A stretch of 64,000 nucleotides of DNA from a virus: positions 32,001 through 96,000 of IMG/VR virus record IMGVR_UViG_3300047560_000604; one strand, 5' to 3'. The notes under the pieces were generated by a model. That model was not told the origin of the DNA, did not search any database, and worked only from the letters and a program-made list of their open reading frames with translations. The position numbers were made by a program, and so were the translations under genes. Positions 1 to 8,709 of this stretch are shown here, one piece after another. Every line of letters starts with the position of its first letter. The stretch's first letter is position 1.

Positions 1-29
1 GCAAAATCAAAAAGTTGTCAGGTCTATGA
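1..29 (+). CDS. 3' end of upstream gene (…KIKKLSGL*)
   Basis: Open frame from the window edge to TGA at 27-29, overlapping the next ATG (ATGA). The KKLSG(L/I) end also occurs in the 51308-53686 protein. Confidence 0.5.
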
Positions 30-1579
30 AAGAAATAAAGCTATTAGAATCATGGGCTGATGACATAACAGAATTCAAGCAGCCTACTAGAATGGGCACG
101 CCTATGACTGCTAAGGCTGATAGACCTTTACCAAGAAATATCGACATTCAATATAAAGCACAACGTGCCCATCCTGAACTAAGTCCAGAACAAGCACTAG
201 CATTGTATATGAACGATGAACTTGTTGACAAAGAAAAAATGGACTTTGCTCAGAACAAGTTAATCAACACAGTAAAGCGTGAAAACGAAAAACTACGTAA
301 GAACGTAACTGATATTGGCAATGAATTACATGACTTAGAACGTCAAGAAGCAGAGACAGATAAAGAAGTTGCAAGACTACGTGACCTAAGTGCTAAGTTA
401 AGACCAGCTGGTGAAGTTCAACAAATGGCTGCTAAGGCAAGTGCTGATAAAGTACAAAACATGCTTTCTGACTTAGAGAAGTTACAAAACAAGCCAGGCG
501 TCGATGACGCAAAATATCAAGAACTAGTCGATAAGGTTAACAGAATTAAATCTGGTCCAGTGGACAACACTGACGTTCAAAAAGTTCAAGCTGCATTAGC
601 TGCATTAGGTCAACGCCAGAACGTAGATGACGAGTTATTCAACAAAGTGATGGGTAGACTTGAGACTACTGAAAAAGAATTGGCTGCAAAAGAAAAACGT
701 TTCCAAAAGAGTATTACCAAGAATGCTGAAAAGATTGGTCAGTGGGGGAATAAGTTCGGTGATCTAGACGACAAGGTCAAGAAAATTGAAGTTCGAGCTA
801 AAGAAGTCTTAGATAACGTTGAAAAAGAGAACGACAATCTACAGGACAAGTTCAACCGTCTAGCCGATTTGATTTATAAAATCAATCCTGATATTCTGCA
901 ACAAGCAGGTATTACTGCTGGAAGTGTTGCTAGTAGTGTCGCTGATAGACAAGAAAAGGATGAGGCGGATTTAGCCAAGATCCAACCAGAGCCAGTGGAT
1001 CCAGAAGAAATCGCAGCGGCTAAACTGCAAGCTGCTAGTGGATCATCTCAAGTTGACATAGACGATACGTTAGATGATGAGCCGTTCGACAAAGACAAAG
1101 TAGTATCCATATTCAAGAATCAAGGCAAACAATCATCAACTATGCCAGATGATATGAAGGATGCAATGAAACAAGAACCTCGCAAAGTTAACGAACAAGA
1201 TTTGCCTATCACTATGGTAGACAAACCAGAAACAAATCAAAAAGTTACACCTGACTACATCGAAGATACTGTTATTCCAAATCTAGTTCGTTGGTATAGA
1301 AATCAATATCCAATTGATTTAAAACAATACACAGTTCAACAACTAATGGAAATCATTCGTAGAACAGTTACTGGCGGATTATTAATATATGGTGATGACA
1401 TAACAGACAAGACAGTAGAAGAATATCTAGCCAGAGTGCGTGGATGGTTACGTAAGTCTAGACCCGTAGCACCTGAGTTACCCGGTATACCTAGTGAGCC
1501 TCCATCACAAGGTGGACTACAAGAATCCATGTTTAGGAACTTCACTGACGAATTAGACCGTTTAACAGGCGGATATTAA
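26..1579 (+). CDS. Coiled-coil hypothetical protein, possibly a virion/head protein
   Basis: 517-aa ORF with long heptad-like K/E/Q-rich helices; no catalytic motif recognised. Confidence 0.6.
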   Translation: MKEIKLLESWADDITEFKQPTRMGTPMTAKADRPLPRNIDIQYKAQRAHPELSPEQALALYMNDELVDKEKMDFAQNKLINTVKRENEKLRKNVTDIGNELHDLERQEAETDKEVARLRDLSAKLRPAGEVQQMAAKASADKVQNMLSDLEKLQNKPGVDDAKYQELVDKVNRIKSGPVDNTDVQKVQAALAALGQRQNVDDELFNKVMGRLETTEKELAAKEKRFQKSITKNAEKIGQWGNKFGDLDDKVKKIEVRAKEVLDNVEKENDNLQDKFNRLADLIYKINPDILQQAGITAGSVASSVADRQEKDEADLAKIQPEPVDPEEIAAAKLQAASGSSQVDIDDTLDDEPFDKDKVVSIFKNQGKQSSTMPDDMKDAMKQEPRKVNEQDLPITMVDKPETNQKVTPDYIEDTVIPNLVRWYRNQYPIDLKQYTVQQLMEIIRRTVTGGLLIYGDDITDKTVEEYLARVRGWLRKSRPVAPELPGIPSEPPSQGGLQESMFRNFTDELDRLTGGY

Positions 1580-1623
1580 TTCTCCCAAAAGCCTCACATA
1601 AAAGTGAGGTTAGCCATATCTGG

Positions 1624-1631
1624 GATAAATA
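1624..1631 (+). promoter_or_regulatory. T4 late-type promoter motif GATAAATA
   Basis: Matches the ATAAATA motif recurring upstream of many genes here (T4 late consensus TATAAATA). Confidence 0.5.
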
Positions 1632-1634
1632 CTA

Positions 1635-1663
1635 TTGACACTGCTTGATAGTAATGCTAAACT
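1635..1663 (+). promoter_or_regulatory. sigma70-like promoter upstream of SSB
   Basis: TTGACA-17 nt-TAAACT. Confidence 0.55.
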
Positions 1664-1741
1664 ATCATCTGTGTTAGTCACTAATAGGTAGTGGCGAATA
1701 TTAAAACAGAGACCATCTCAATTTATTAAGGAAATATTATT

Positions 1742-2749
1742 ATGGCATCATTAGCAGAAATTCGTGCCCGTATCGCGGCACAAGAAAACAAGTCTACTGG
1801 CGGCGAACGTCAGCAATCAGACAACGCAATCTACCCCCACTGGAACATGGACGAAGGCACAACAGCTACAATTCGTTTCTTGCCAGACGCAAATCCAAAC
1901 AACACATTCTTCTGGGTAGAACGTCAAATCATCAAACTACCATTCAACGGTGTTAAGGGTGATACTAATATGAAACAAGTTATCGTTCAAGTTCCATGTA
2001 TGGAAATGTACGGTGAGGCTTGTCCAGTATTGGCAGAAGTTCGTCCTTGGTACAAAGACGAAACATTGAAAGAAATGGCAAACAAATACTGGAAGAAGCG
2101 TAGTTACTTGTTCCAAGGTTTTGTTCGTCAAAACCCACTTGGTGATGACAAGACACCAGCGAACCCAATTCGCCGTTTCGTTATCAGCCCACAAATCTTT
2201 ACAGTCATCAAATCTAGTTTGATGGATCCTGAAATGGAAGAATTGCCAACAGACTACATGCGTGGTCTTGACTTCAACGTTAAGAAAACAAGCAAGGGTG
2301 GTTATGCTGACTACTCAACTAGTAACTGGGCACGTAAAGAATCTGCATTGACCGAAGCAGAAGCATCAGCAGTTGATGCACATGGTCTATTTGACTTGGC
2401 TGAGTTCTTACCTAAGAAGCCAGGTGAAGCAGAATTGCGTATCATCAAAGAAATGTTTGAAGCATCAGTTGATGGTCGCCCATTCGACAACGAGCGTTGG
2501 GGCAATTACTACCGTCCATTCGGTGTAGAAGCACCTGCAGGTTCGACCGCGGAAAAACAAGCAGCGCCAGCACAAGAAGCAAGCGCACCCGCAACAGCAC
2601 CCGTAGCAGAAGCTAAACAACCTTGGGAAGGTGATGACGAGCCATCATCAGCAAGCACCCCAGTTGAAGTTCCAAAAGCAACTCCTAGTAGCGATAAAGC
2701 ACAAGACATTTTAGCAATGATTCGTGCCCGTCAAAACAAGCCTGCTTAA
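1742..2749 (+). CDS. gp32: Single-stranded DNA-binding protein (T4 gp32-like)
   Basis: IRFLP…FFWVER…VPC…CPVL…YWKKRSYLFQG core, LTDY…G.DF..KKT, low-complexity acidic/Ala-rich tail; directly upstream of UvsX. Confidence 0.9.
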   Translation: MASLAEIRARIAAQENKSTGGERQQSDNAIYPHWNMDEGTTATIRFLPDANPNNTFFWVERQIIKLPFNGVKGDTNMKQVIVQVPCMEMYGEACPVLAEVRPWYKDETLKEMANKYWKKRSYLFQGFVRQNPLGDDKTPANPIRRFVISPQIFTVIKSSLMDPEMEELPTDYMRGLDFNVKKTSKGGYADYSTSNWARKESALTEAEASAVDAHGLFDLAEFLPKKPGEAELRIIKEMFEASVDGRPFDNERWGNYYRPFGVEAPAGSTAEKQAAPAQEASAPATAPVAEAKQPWEGDDEPSSASTPVEVPKATPSSDKAQDILAMIRARQNKPA

Positions 2750-2756
2750 TCAAAAC

Positions 2757-2780
2757 GGGGAAGGTTAACCTTCCCCTATT
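2757..2780 (+). terminator. Probable intrinsic terminator or attenuating hairpin after SSB
   Basis: GGGGAAGG-TTAA-CCTTCCCC perfect 8-bp stem; short U-tract (TATT). Confidence 0.5.
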
Positions 2781-2792
2781 AAGGAGTATGTT

Positions 2793-3026
2793 ATGACAAT
2801 GCCTGATGAAAGATACCGTGCCCTAAAGCAAGGTAGAAAACTATTAGAAGAACTATGCGATCCAGGTAAGACACCTAGAGTACCTAGCATAGTACGTGAC
2901 CGAGCACGAGGCGCATTGAGACACTTTCCATCTGATTATGAATTAGATTGCATGGCAGACAAATGCCCAGACATGCTTGATAAGCAACCGTTTAGTGCGT
3001 ATACTAACGGTACAAATAGACAATAA
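2793..3026 (+). CDS. Small hypothetical protein
   Basis: 77-aa ORF with AAGGAG RBS, between SSB and UvsX. Confidence 0.7.
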   Translation: MTMPDERYRALKQGRKLLEELCDPGKTPRVPSIVRDRARGALRHFPSDYELDCMADKCPDMLDKQPFSAYTNGTNRQ

Positions 3027-3045
3027 GTATATATAAGGAGTAGAA

Positions 3046-4119
3046 ATGGTAAAACCATTTGACGTAAGTAAGTTCCGCAAGGACATTACAAAAAGTATTG
3101 AAGGATTATCAATTGGATTTAATGACCCCACTGATTGGATTAGCACAGGAAACTATGCACTTAATTATCTCATTAGCGGTGATTTTAATAAAGGTATACC
3201 TCTTGGCAAAGTTACTGTATTCGCTGGAGAGTCTGGTTCGGGAAAGAGTTACATCTGTTCCGGGAACCTGGTTCGCCACGCTCAAGAGCAAGGTATCTTT
3301 GTTGTCCTCATTGATTCAGAGAATGCACTAGACGAAACATGGTTGCATAACTTAGGAGTTGACACAAGTGAAGCTAAACTTCTAAAATTGAACATGGCTA
3401 TGATTGATGACGTGGCTAAGACAATCAGTAAGTTCGTAGCTGATTACAAAACATTACCCACAGAAGATAGACCAAAAGTCTTGTTCGTTGTTGATTCACT
3501 TGGTATGTTGTTGACTCCAACTGACGTTAATCAGTTTGAAGCAGGTGATATGAAAGGTGACATGGGTCGTAAGCCTAAAGCACTTACAGCACTTGTTCGT
3601 AACACAGTTAACATGTTTGGTTCACTCGGCATCGGCTTGGTAGCAACGAACCACACATACGCATCGCAAGATATGTTTGATCCAGATGATAAAATCTCTG
3701 GTGGTCAAGGTTTCATTTATGCAAGTTCTATCGTTGTTGCGATGAAGAAGTTGAAGTTGAAAGAAGACGAAGACGGTAACAAAGTTACAGACGTTCGTGG
3801 TATTCGTAGTGCTTGTAAGATTATGAAAACTCGCTATGCAAAACCATTCGAAGGTGTGCAAGTTAAGATTCCATATGACACAGGTATGAGTCCATATTCA
3901 GGTCTTGTTGATATGATTGAGAAAGATGAATTGTTGAAGAAAGAAGGCAACAGTTTAGTGTACACGGGCATTGACGGAGTTATCATTAAGAAGTTCCGCA
4001 AAGCATGGGAATCAAACACTGACGGTTGTTTGGATACAGTTATGTCAGAATATTCAACTAAGATGGCAAAGATAAGTAATGTAGATTTAACAAATGAAGA
4101 AGGAGAATCTACAGAATGA
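3046..4119 (+). CDS. uvsX: RecA-like recombinase (UvsX)
   Basis: Walker A GESGSGKS, IDSENALD, VVDSLG, ATNHTY, SGGQGFIYASS. Confidence 0.95.
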   Translation: MVKPFDVSKFRKDITKSIEGLSIGFNDPTDWISTGNYALNYLISGDFNKGIPLGKVTVFAGESGSGKSYICSGNLVRHAQEQGIFVVLIDSENALDETWLHNLGVDTSEAKLLKLNMAMIDDVAKTISKFVADYKTLPTEDRPKVLFVVDSLGMLLTPTDVNQFEAGDMKGDMGRKPKALTALVRNTVNMFGSLGIGLVATNHTYASQDMFDPDDKISGGQGFIYASSIVVAMKKLKLKEDEDGNKVTDVRGIRSACKIMKTRYAKPFEGVQVKIPYDTGMSPYSGLVDMIEKDELLKKEGNSLVYTGIDGVIIKKFRKAWESNTDGCLDTVMSEYSTKMAKISNVDLTNEEGESTE

Positions 4120-4364
4120 GTTTAAGTATCGTATCAGAAGTTTGGGAAATATTGCGTGAGCATATTGACTTTAATGAACGCAGTGAAGCAGCCGACACCC
4201 TAGTGAATTATTTGATGGACAACAATTATGAAGTTGATGATATCAAAGACGAATTCAAGGACAAGGATATTACTAAGGCTTTGAAAGGTTATGCTGAACA
4301 GCATTTCCAAGAAGAAGAATACGAAGAATATGAAGACGAAGACCAAGACGAAGAATGGGATTAA
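4116..4364 (+). CDS. Small acidic hypothetical protein
   Basis: 82-aa ORF, ATGA-coupled to uvsX, E/D-rich tail. Confidence 0.75.
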   Translation: MSLSIVSEVWEILREHIDFNERSEAADTLVNYLMDNNYEVDDIKDEFKDKDITKALKGYAEQHFQEEEYEEYEDEDQDEEWD

Positions 4365-4823
4365 ATGGCAAACTGGTATACCCGAGTATCACAAGACTTA
4401 TCAGTAATACCCGATTTCATTAACCATTACGAAGCCGAACTTGGTTCGGCTAGAAATGATGTGAAGATTTACGGCAATGTTGAAAAGAACATTGCCGCTT
4501 TACCCGGAGTTACTGAACACCGTTTCAACCAGCTTCAAGAGATTGAGGCTGTGTTGAATTATCTCAATATTCAATTACGGAAAATTCGCCGAAAACATTT
4601 TCAAAAGTATTTAGAAGCGTATAATAGAGCTTTAACAAGTCGTGATGCCGAGAAGTATGTCGATGGTGAACAAGAAGTTATTGACTTTGAAACCATTATT
4701 AACGAAGTAGCATTGTTACGTAATCGTTGGTTAGGTATACTTAAAGGCATTGAAGCAAAACAATGGCAGATGGGACATATTGTTCGTTTGCGTACTAGTG
4801 GAATGGAAGATATTTCAATATGA
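4365..4823 (+). CDS. uvsY: Recombination mediator UvsY
   Basis: Helical ~150-aa protein, RDAEKYVDGE…GILKGIEAKQWQ, in the uvsX neighbourhood. Confidence 0.8.
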   Translation: MANWYTRVSQDLSVIPDFINHYEAELGSARNDVKIYGNVEKNIAALPGVTEHRFNQLQEIEAVLNYLNIQLRKIRRKHFQKYLEAYNRALTSRDAEKYVDGEQEVIDFETIINEVALLRNRWLGILKGIEAKQWQMGHIVRLRTSGMEDISI

Positions 4824-5605
4824 GTTTAAGTAACGTTTCTTGGTCACCTACTATCACAATAGGTTCAGCCGCAAGTCAGCACACTATCAACATTTTAGAT
4901 TCACTCAGTGGCTTGAATAGTGATTATCACAAAGTCAAAAGATACGAGGTGTGCGAATCACCCGAAGACACTCTTGCATTAAGCGTAACATGGAAGCGGT
5001 TACGTGATGCAGGCAAAAGCACTTCCGGTAAAATATTGGATAGACAATTATTCGATGAAGTTACAGATGCTGACCGAGAAGAAGCTAAAGTAATTCGTGA
5101 TTACTATAGCAAGAAGATTATGATGTGGAAACTTAAGGGGGATAAACCCTTCACTCCGTATCGTGAAGACTTAAACAAGTTTGTCCATAGTGACGGTACG
5201 ATTGTTCGCAATGACATGATGGGTTTAATTTACTATCTTCCTATCTTCCATCAATATGACACTGAACTTGATGTAGTCAAGGACTTAGTAACTACGAATC
5301 AATCATTCAAGAAAATGGATGAGTCACATACACCTAAGGTGATGACACTAACTGCATCATTGGAACCTCTCAAAAAGATTGCTAAGAAACGTAAACGTGC
5401 CACAACGATTGAGTATTGGTTCAAGGACAATAAAGTTAACTCAGCAGTTGTAATGACCCTTGACAAAAAGAACCCTCTAGAGCATATCTGGGAGAACGTT
5501 TTTAATACTGAAAAAGTATTACAAATTAAGGGTGCCTATTGCAGACGCAAACAAGACGAATTTGAATACTATAGTATTGATAACTGGACGCTCGAAAAGG
5601 CTTGA
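4820..5605 (+). CDS. Hypothetical protein
   Basis: 261-aa ORF coupled to uvsY. Confidence 0.7.
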   Translation: MSLSNVSWSPTITIGSAASQHTINILDSLSGLNSDYHKVKRYEVCESPEDTLALSVTWKRLRDAGKSTSGKILDRQLFDEVTDADREEAKVIRDYYSKKIMMWKLKGDKPFTPYREDLNKFVHSDGTIVRNDMMGLIYYLPIFHQYDTELDVVKDLVTTNQSFKKMDESHTPKVMTLTASLEPLKKIAKKRKRATTIEYWFKDNKVNSAVVMTLDKKNPLEHIWENVFNTEKVLQIKGAYCRRKQDEFEYYSIDNWTLEKA

Positions 5606-5630
5606 CAAATAATCATTTTGGGCATATAAT
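5602..5630 (+). promoter_or_regulatory. sigma70 consensus (early) promoter
   Basis: TTGACA-17 nt-TATAAT, perfect consensus. Confidence 0.85.
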
Positions 5631-5659
5631 ACATGTATTGATTGATTAAAGGAGCATGT

Positions 5660-5866
5660 ATGTCGTTCGAAAAAGAAGTCCTCGCTAAAGTTGCTAAGAT
5701 TCTCAAAGACGAAAATTCTGCTAGTTTTTTCTATGGTACATTGTCGGTCGTTTGCTCCGAAGACGAAGCCCGCAAAGTCTATCACAAACTAGCTAAAGAT
5801 TATAAGAATAAAGTACTCATTTCCAAGGATGGTTCTTACGGTTATTTGTTCGACTTTACGGCTTGA
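5660..5866 (+). CDS. Small hypothetical protein
   Basis: ATG at 5660 with GGAG RBS; flanked by two consensus promoters. Confidence 0.7.
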   Translation: MSFEKEVLAKVAKILKDENSASFFYGTLSVVCSEDEARKVYHKLAKDYKNKVLISKDGSYGYLFDFTA

Positions 5867-5891
5867 CAATAAACCCAAAACATAGTATAAT
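5863..5891 (+). promoter_or_regulatory. sigma70 consensus (early) promoter
   Basis: TTGACA-17 nt-TATAAT, perfect consensus. Confidence 0.85.
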
Positions 5892-5917
5892 AACATCTTT
5901 ACACACGAAAGGTTTCA

Positions 5918-6916
5918 ATGACTACAGTTCGCATCGTTTCTGGCTCTTATCGCAACACCCCAGTTTCTAATCAAGTTTTCACATTAGTGAAAGGTTACCA
6001 ACTAGGTGCTAAAGGTGGTTTCGTTACTGTGAAGAATGAGGGTCAGTTCCCGGGTCGTAGTGACGAATTGCGTATTCAAATTGATAATCAACAATGTATT
6101 GAATTTGGTGCAAGTATGCCTGAGGTAGTTGAGACTGTTAAAGAAACTGAGACAGAAGCAATGGATCGTATTGCCTCACGATTCGCAGTGCTTGATGAAA
6201 TGTCTCGTGCCTGTATCGCAGGCGATATTCGTGCTATGATTGTGACAGGTCCTGCAGGTATCGGTAAGTCACACGGTGTTATCACACAGATGGAGAAAGC
6301 ATCTATGTTTGACAAGATTCAAGGCAAGCGTCCTCGCTTTGAGATTGTCAAAGGTGCAATGTCAGGCATCGGCTTGTTCGCTAAGTTGTACAAATTCAGT
6401 GACAAGAAAAATGTCTTGGTGTTTGATGACTGTGACATTTGGGATGACCAAGATGCTGTTAACGTACTGAAGGGCGCTTTGGATTCAGGTAAGACTCGCC
6501 GTATCTCTTGGAACAAAGATAGTCGTTTGTTGCGTGACGAAGGTGTGCCAAACACTTTCAACTTTGAGGGTTCAATCATCTTCATTACAAACAAAACTTT
6601 CGATAGCAAAAAAGCAAGCAAGATGACACCTCACTTGGATGCTCTCCAATCACGTAGTCACTTCTTAGACCTGACTGTTGATACTGAGCGTGACAAAATG
6701 TTGCGTATCAAGCAAGTTCACCGTGATGCTGATGGTGGTTTGTTTGCTGACTATGACTTTACTCAGGAACAAACTGACGAAGTTATGGCATTCATTGAGG
6801 CTAATCATTCTAAATTGCGTGAAGTGTCTTTGCGTATGTGTTTGAAAGTTGCTGACCTCGTGAAGATTAGTGGTAACTGGCGTGAACTCGCTAAAGCAAC
6901 TTGTATGAAAGGTTAA
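5918..6916 (+). CDS. AAA-type P-loop ATPase of unknown role
   Basis: Walker A GPAGIGKS, Walker B LVFDDCD, sensor-like IIFITN. Confidence 0.8.
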   Translation: MTTVRIVSGSYRNTPVSNQVFTLVKGYQLGAKGGFVTVKNEGQFPGRSDELRIQIDNQQCIEFGASMPEVVETVKETETEAMDRIASRFAVLDEMSRACIAGDIRAMIVTGPAGIGKSHGVITQMEKASMFDKIQGKRPRFEIVKGAMSGIGLFAKLYKFSDKKNVLVFDDCDIWDDQDAVNVLKGALDSGKTRRISWNKDSRLLRDEGVPNTFNFEGSIIFITNKTFDSKKASKMTPHLDALQSRSHFLDLTVDTERDKMLRIKQVHRDADGGLFADYDFTQEQTDEVMAFIEANHSKLREVSLRMCLKVADLVKISGNWRELAKATCMKG

Positions 6917-6917
6917 T

Positions 6918-7169
6918 ATGAGAGAACGTATCAACGAACTTGCCATCAAAGCTGGCGGAATCTGGCAGGGTGGCTATGTTGAGCAGGCTAACGGTGATAG
7001 TGTCTACACTGACCGGAAGTTTGTGAGTGGTGGCGACATGGATGTAGAACAATTCGCCCGGTTGCTGGTGAAAGAATGTGCCATAATTGCTAATCGTGCA
7101 GATAATACTGAAACTGAGATACGGTGTATGTATGATGTGATTACTGAACATTTCGGAGTTGAAGAATGA
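6918..7169 (+). CDS. FGVEE-family small protein
   Basis: MRERINELA…EQFARLLVKEC…EHFGVEE*. Confidence 0.8.
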   Translation: MRERINELAIKAGGIWQGGYVEQANGDSVYTDRKFVSGGDMDVEQFARLLVKECAIIANRADNTETEIRCMYDVITEHFGVEE

Positions 7170-7363
7170 CTAAACTAACATACACTGAATGGTTTGAAAA
7201 ATACGGCGGTAAGTTAAAAGACGGCGAATTTCAGACTGCACAAGAAATGATATCCGATTTTCAAAAATTACACGGACTATCTTTACAAAATGAAATTGAT
7301 AAAATAAACCAATCGGAATATCAGTTATACCTAGAGCGGTTTGCCGCAGGAGTTGAAGAATGA
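7166..7363 (+). CDS. Small protein ending AGVEE
   Basis: Shares the GGAGTTGAAGAATGA junction; body unrelated to its neighbours. Confidence 0.7.
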   Translation: MTKLTYTEWFEKYGGKLKDGEFQTAQEMISDFQKLHGLSLQNEIDKINQSEYQLYLERFAAGVEE

Positions 7364-7632
7364 ATGAACGAATTAAAGAACTTGCTGAACAGGCTGCGAT
7401 AAGTTGTGGTTATTTTATTGGACCCAGGTTGTACATGACACACGAAGAAGAAATGGAAAAGTTCGCCGAGTTGATGATCGTTGAGTTTACCGAGGCTGTA
7501 AAAGAAACTGCTACTCGTGTTGCTCAAACTGCATTCAATGATGGTGAAGACGCAGTTGCAGTCCAAAAGCGAGTTGCTGGTGCGTTGCGGGTGTTGGATG
7601 TTATGCGTGAGCGTTTCGGAGTTGAAGAATGA
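7360..7632 (+). CDS. FGVEE-family small protein
   Basis: MNERIKELA…EKFAELMIVE…RFGVEE*. Confidence 0.8.
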   Translation: MNERIKELAEQAAISCGYFIGPRLYMTHEEEMEKFAELMIVEFTEAVKETATRVAQTAFNDGEDAVAVQKRVAGALRVLDVMRERFGVEE

Positions 7633-7877
7633 ACCACCGACTAGATGAACTTTATGAACAATCATTGTTATCTATCCCATACAGGATATGCCCCAACTCA
7701 TACAAAGAGATAGATGATCCAGCGGGTGACCGCATTAGGAAAGTGTTTGATCCCGAAACATTCGCCGAGTTGATTGTCAAGGAATGCCATAGTGTTATTG
7801 TTAAATCTCACAGGGGGCACATGAATCCCGATTTATCTTGGAATGCGGTTAAAGAACATTTTGGAGTTGAAGAATGA
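7629..7877 (+). CDS. FGVEE-family small protein
   Basis: MNHRLDELY…ETFAELIVKEC…EHFGVEE*. Confidence 0.8.
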   Translation: MNHRLDELYEQSLLSIPYRICPNSYKEIDDPAGDRIRKVFDPETFAELIVKECHSVIVKSHRGHMNPDLSWNAVKEHFGVEE

Positions 7878-8077
7878 CAGACTTTGAATTGGTACAACGT
7901 TTTCAATCATGGGAACGTGAACTTAATCAATTAGGCTACAAAGTGTCTGCAATTAATATGGGCTTTTATATTCATAATAACAAAGGTACGATTGTTGCTG
8001 ACGTTTCTAGTGTAGATGGCTTGCGAGGATTCGCACAGGGTATTGAGTATATGAATTCATTAAAGGATAAAGAATGA
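7874..8077 (+). CDS. Small hypothetical protein
   Basis: 67-aa ATGA-coupled ORF. Confidence 0.7.
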   Translation: MTDFELVQRFQSWERELNQLGYKVSAINMGFYIHNNKGTIVADVSSVDGLRGFAQGIEYMNSLKDKE

Positions 8078-8394
8078 ACTTTGGATTATGGCTACTCAAG
8101 CGCATGAAGCGTAAAGTCTTCGGTGGTGAGTGGGGCTGGCTATACAAGTATCGTCAATTCATTCAAGAGGAAATGGCATTGTCTATTCTGATGACTGTCA
8201 TCCTCGGCGCTATATGGACAATAGTAGTGGGCGTGATTTGTGCTTGGTTAATTGACAGCGGAGACACATTGCGAACAGTAATGAAGTGTGTGGTTGCTTG
8301 TCCTCCCTTGTTCTTTGTGTATAATTGGATCTATGGGTTATATCAGATTTATGATACTGAACGAATGGCTACTTGGAATAGGCTTAAAGAATGA
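8074..8394 (+). CDS. Membrane protein with two predicted TM helices
   Basis: Hydrophobic runs MALSILMTVILGAIWTIVVGVICAWLI and VVACPPLFFVYNWIYGLY. Confidence 0.7.
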   Translation: MNFGLWLLKRMKRKVFGGEWGWLYKYRQFIQEEMALSILMTVILGAIWTIVVGVICAWLIDSGDTLRTVMKCVVACPPLFFVYNWIYGLYQIYDTERMATWNRLKE

Positions 8395-8624
8395 ATGAAA
8401 AAGAAAATACATTCAGAATCTTAAAGGATGAAACACCTCTTATGAAAAGTTTTTGGTGTCGCATTGGCATTCATAACTGGACAATGTGGGGTGAACCTCA
8501 ACAAGGTGTACATGAAAATGTGTTCCTTTCAACTAAGCGTAAAGCGTTGTTCCAGTTTCGTCATTGCGGCAACTGTAATAAGATTAACAGAGGCAAGACG
8601 TTACTAGGTTCTATCTATCATTAA
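8391..8624 (+). CDS. Small Cys/His putative Zn-binding protein (DUF1660-like)
   Basis: CRIGIHNW…CGNC pattern; same pattern in 19755-19955. Confidence 0.55.
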   Translation: MNEKENTFRILKDETPLMKSFWCRIGIHNWTMWGEPQQGVHENVFLSTKRKALFQFRHCGNCNKINRGKTLLGSIYH

Positions 8625-8640
8625 ATTTCAATCACTTTCT

Positions 8641-8662
8641 GGGGACTTCGGTCCCCTTTTTT
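8641..8662 (+). terminator. Rho-independent terminator
   Basis: GGGGAC-TTCG-GTCCCC followed by TTTTTT. Confidence 0.9.
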
Positions 8663-8673
8663 CACCTCTAGTG

Positions 8674-8703
8674 TTGACTTCTGTGTACTAAAAGCTATAT
8701 ACT
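8674..8703 (+). promoter_or_regulatory. sigma70-like promoter
   Basis: TTGACT-18 nt-TATACT right after the terminator. Confidence 0.5.
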
Positions 8704-8709
8704 AAGAGA

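Larger units (their letters stand above)
7155..7877 (+). repeat. Exact 15-nt gene-junction repeat GGAGTTGAAGAATGA, four copies here
   Basis: Copies at 7155-7169, 7349-7363, 7618-7632 and 7863-7877; two more at 40379-40393 and 40540-40554. Each supplies a GGAG RBS, a TGA stop and an overlapping ATG. Confidence 0.9.

Noticed and set aside
2535-2560. tRNA T-loop-like GGTTCGACC
   Set aside because: Inside the SSB coding region with no cloverleaf; no tRNA genes recognised in the window.
7146-7877. GGAGTTGAAGAATGA repeats as a CRISPR array
   Set aside because: Spacing is ~190-270 nt, the intervals are intact ORFs, and the repeat is not palindromic; no cas genes.
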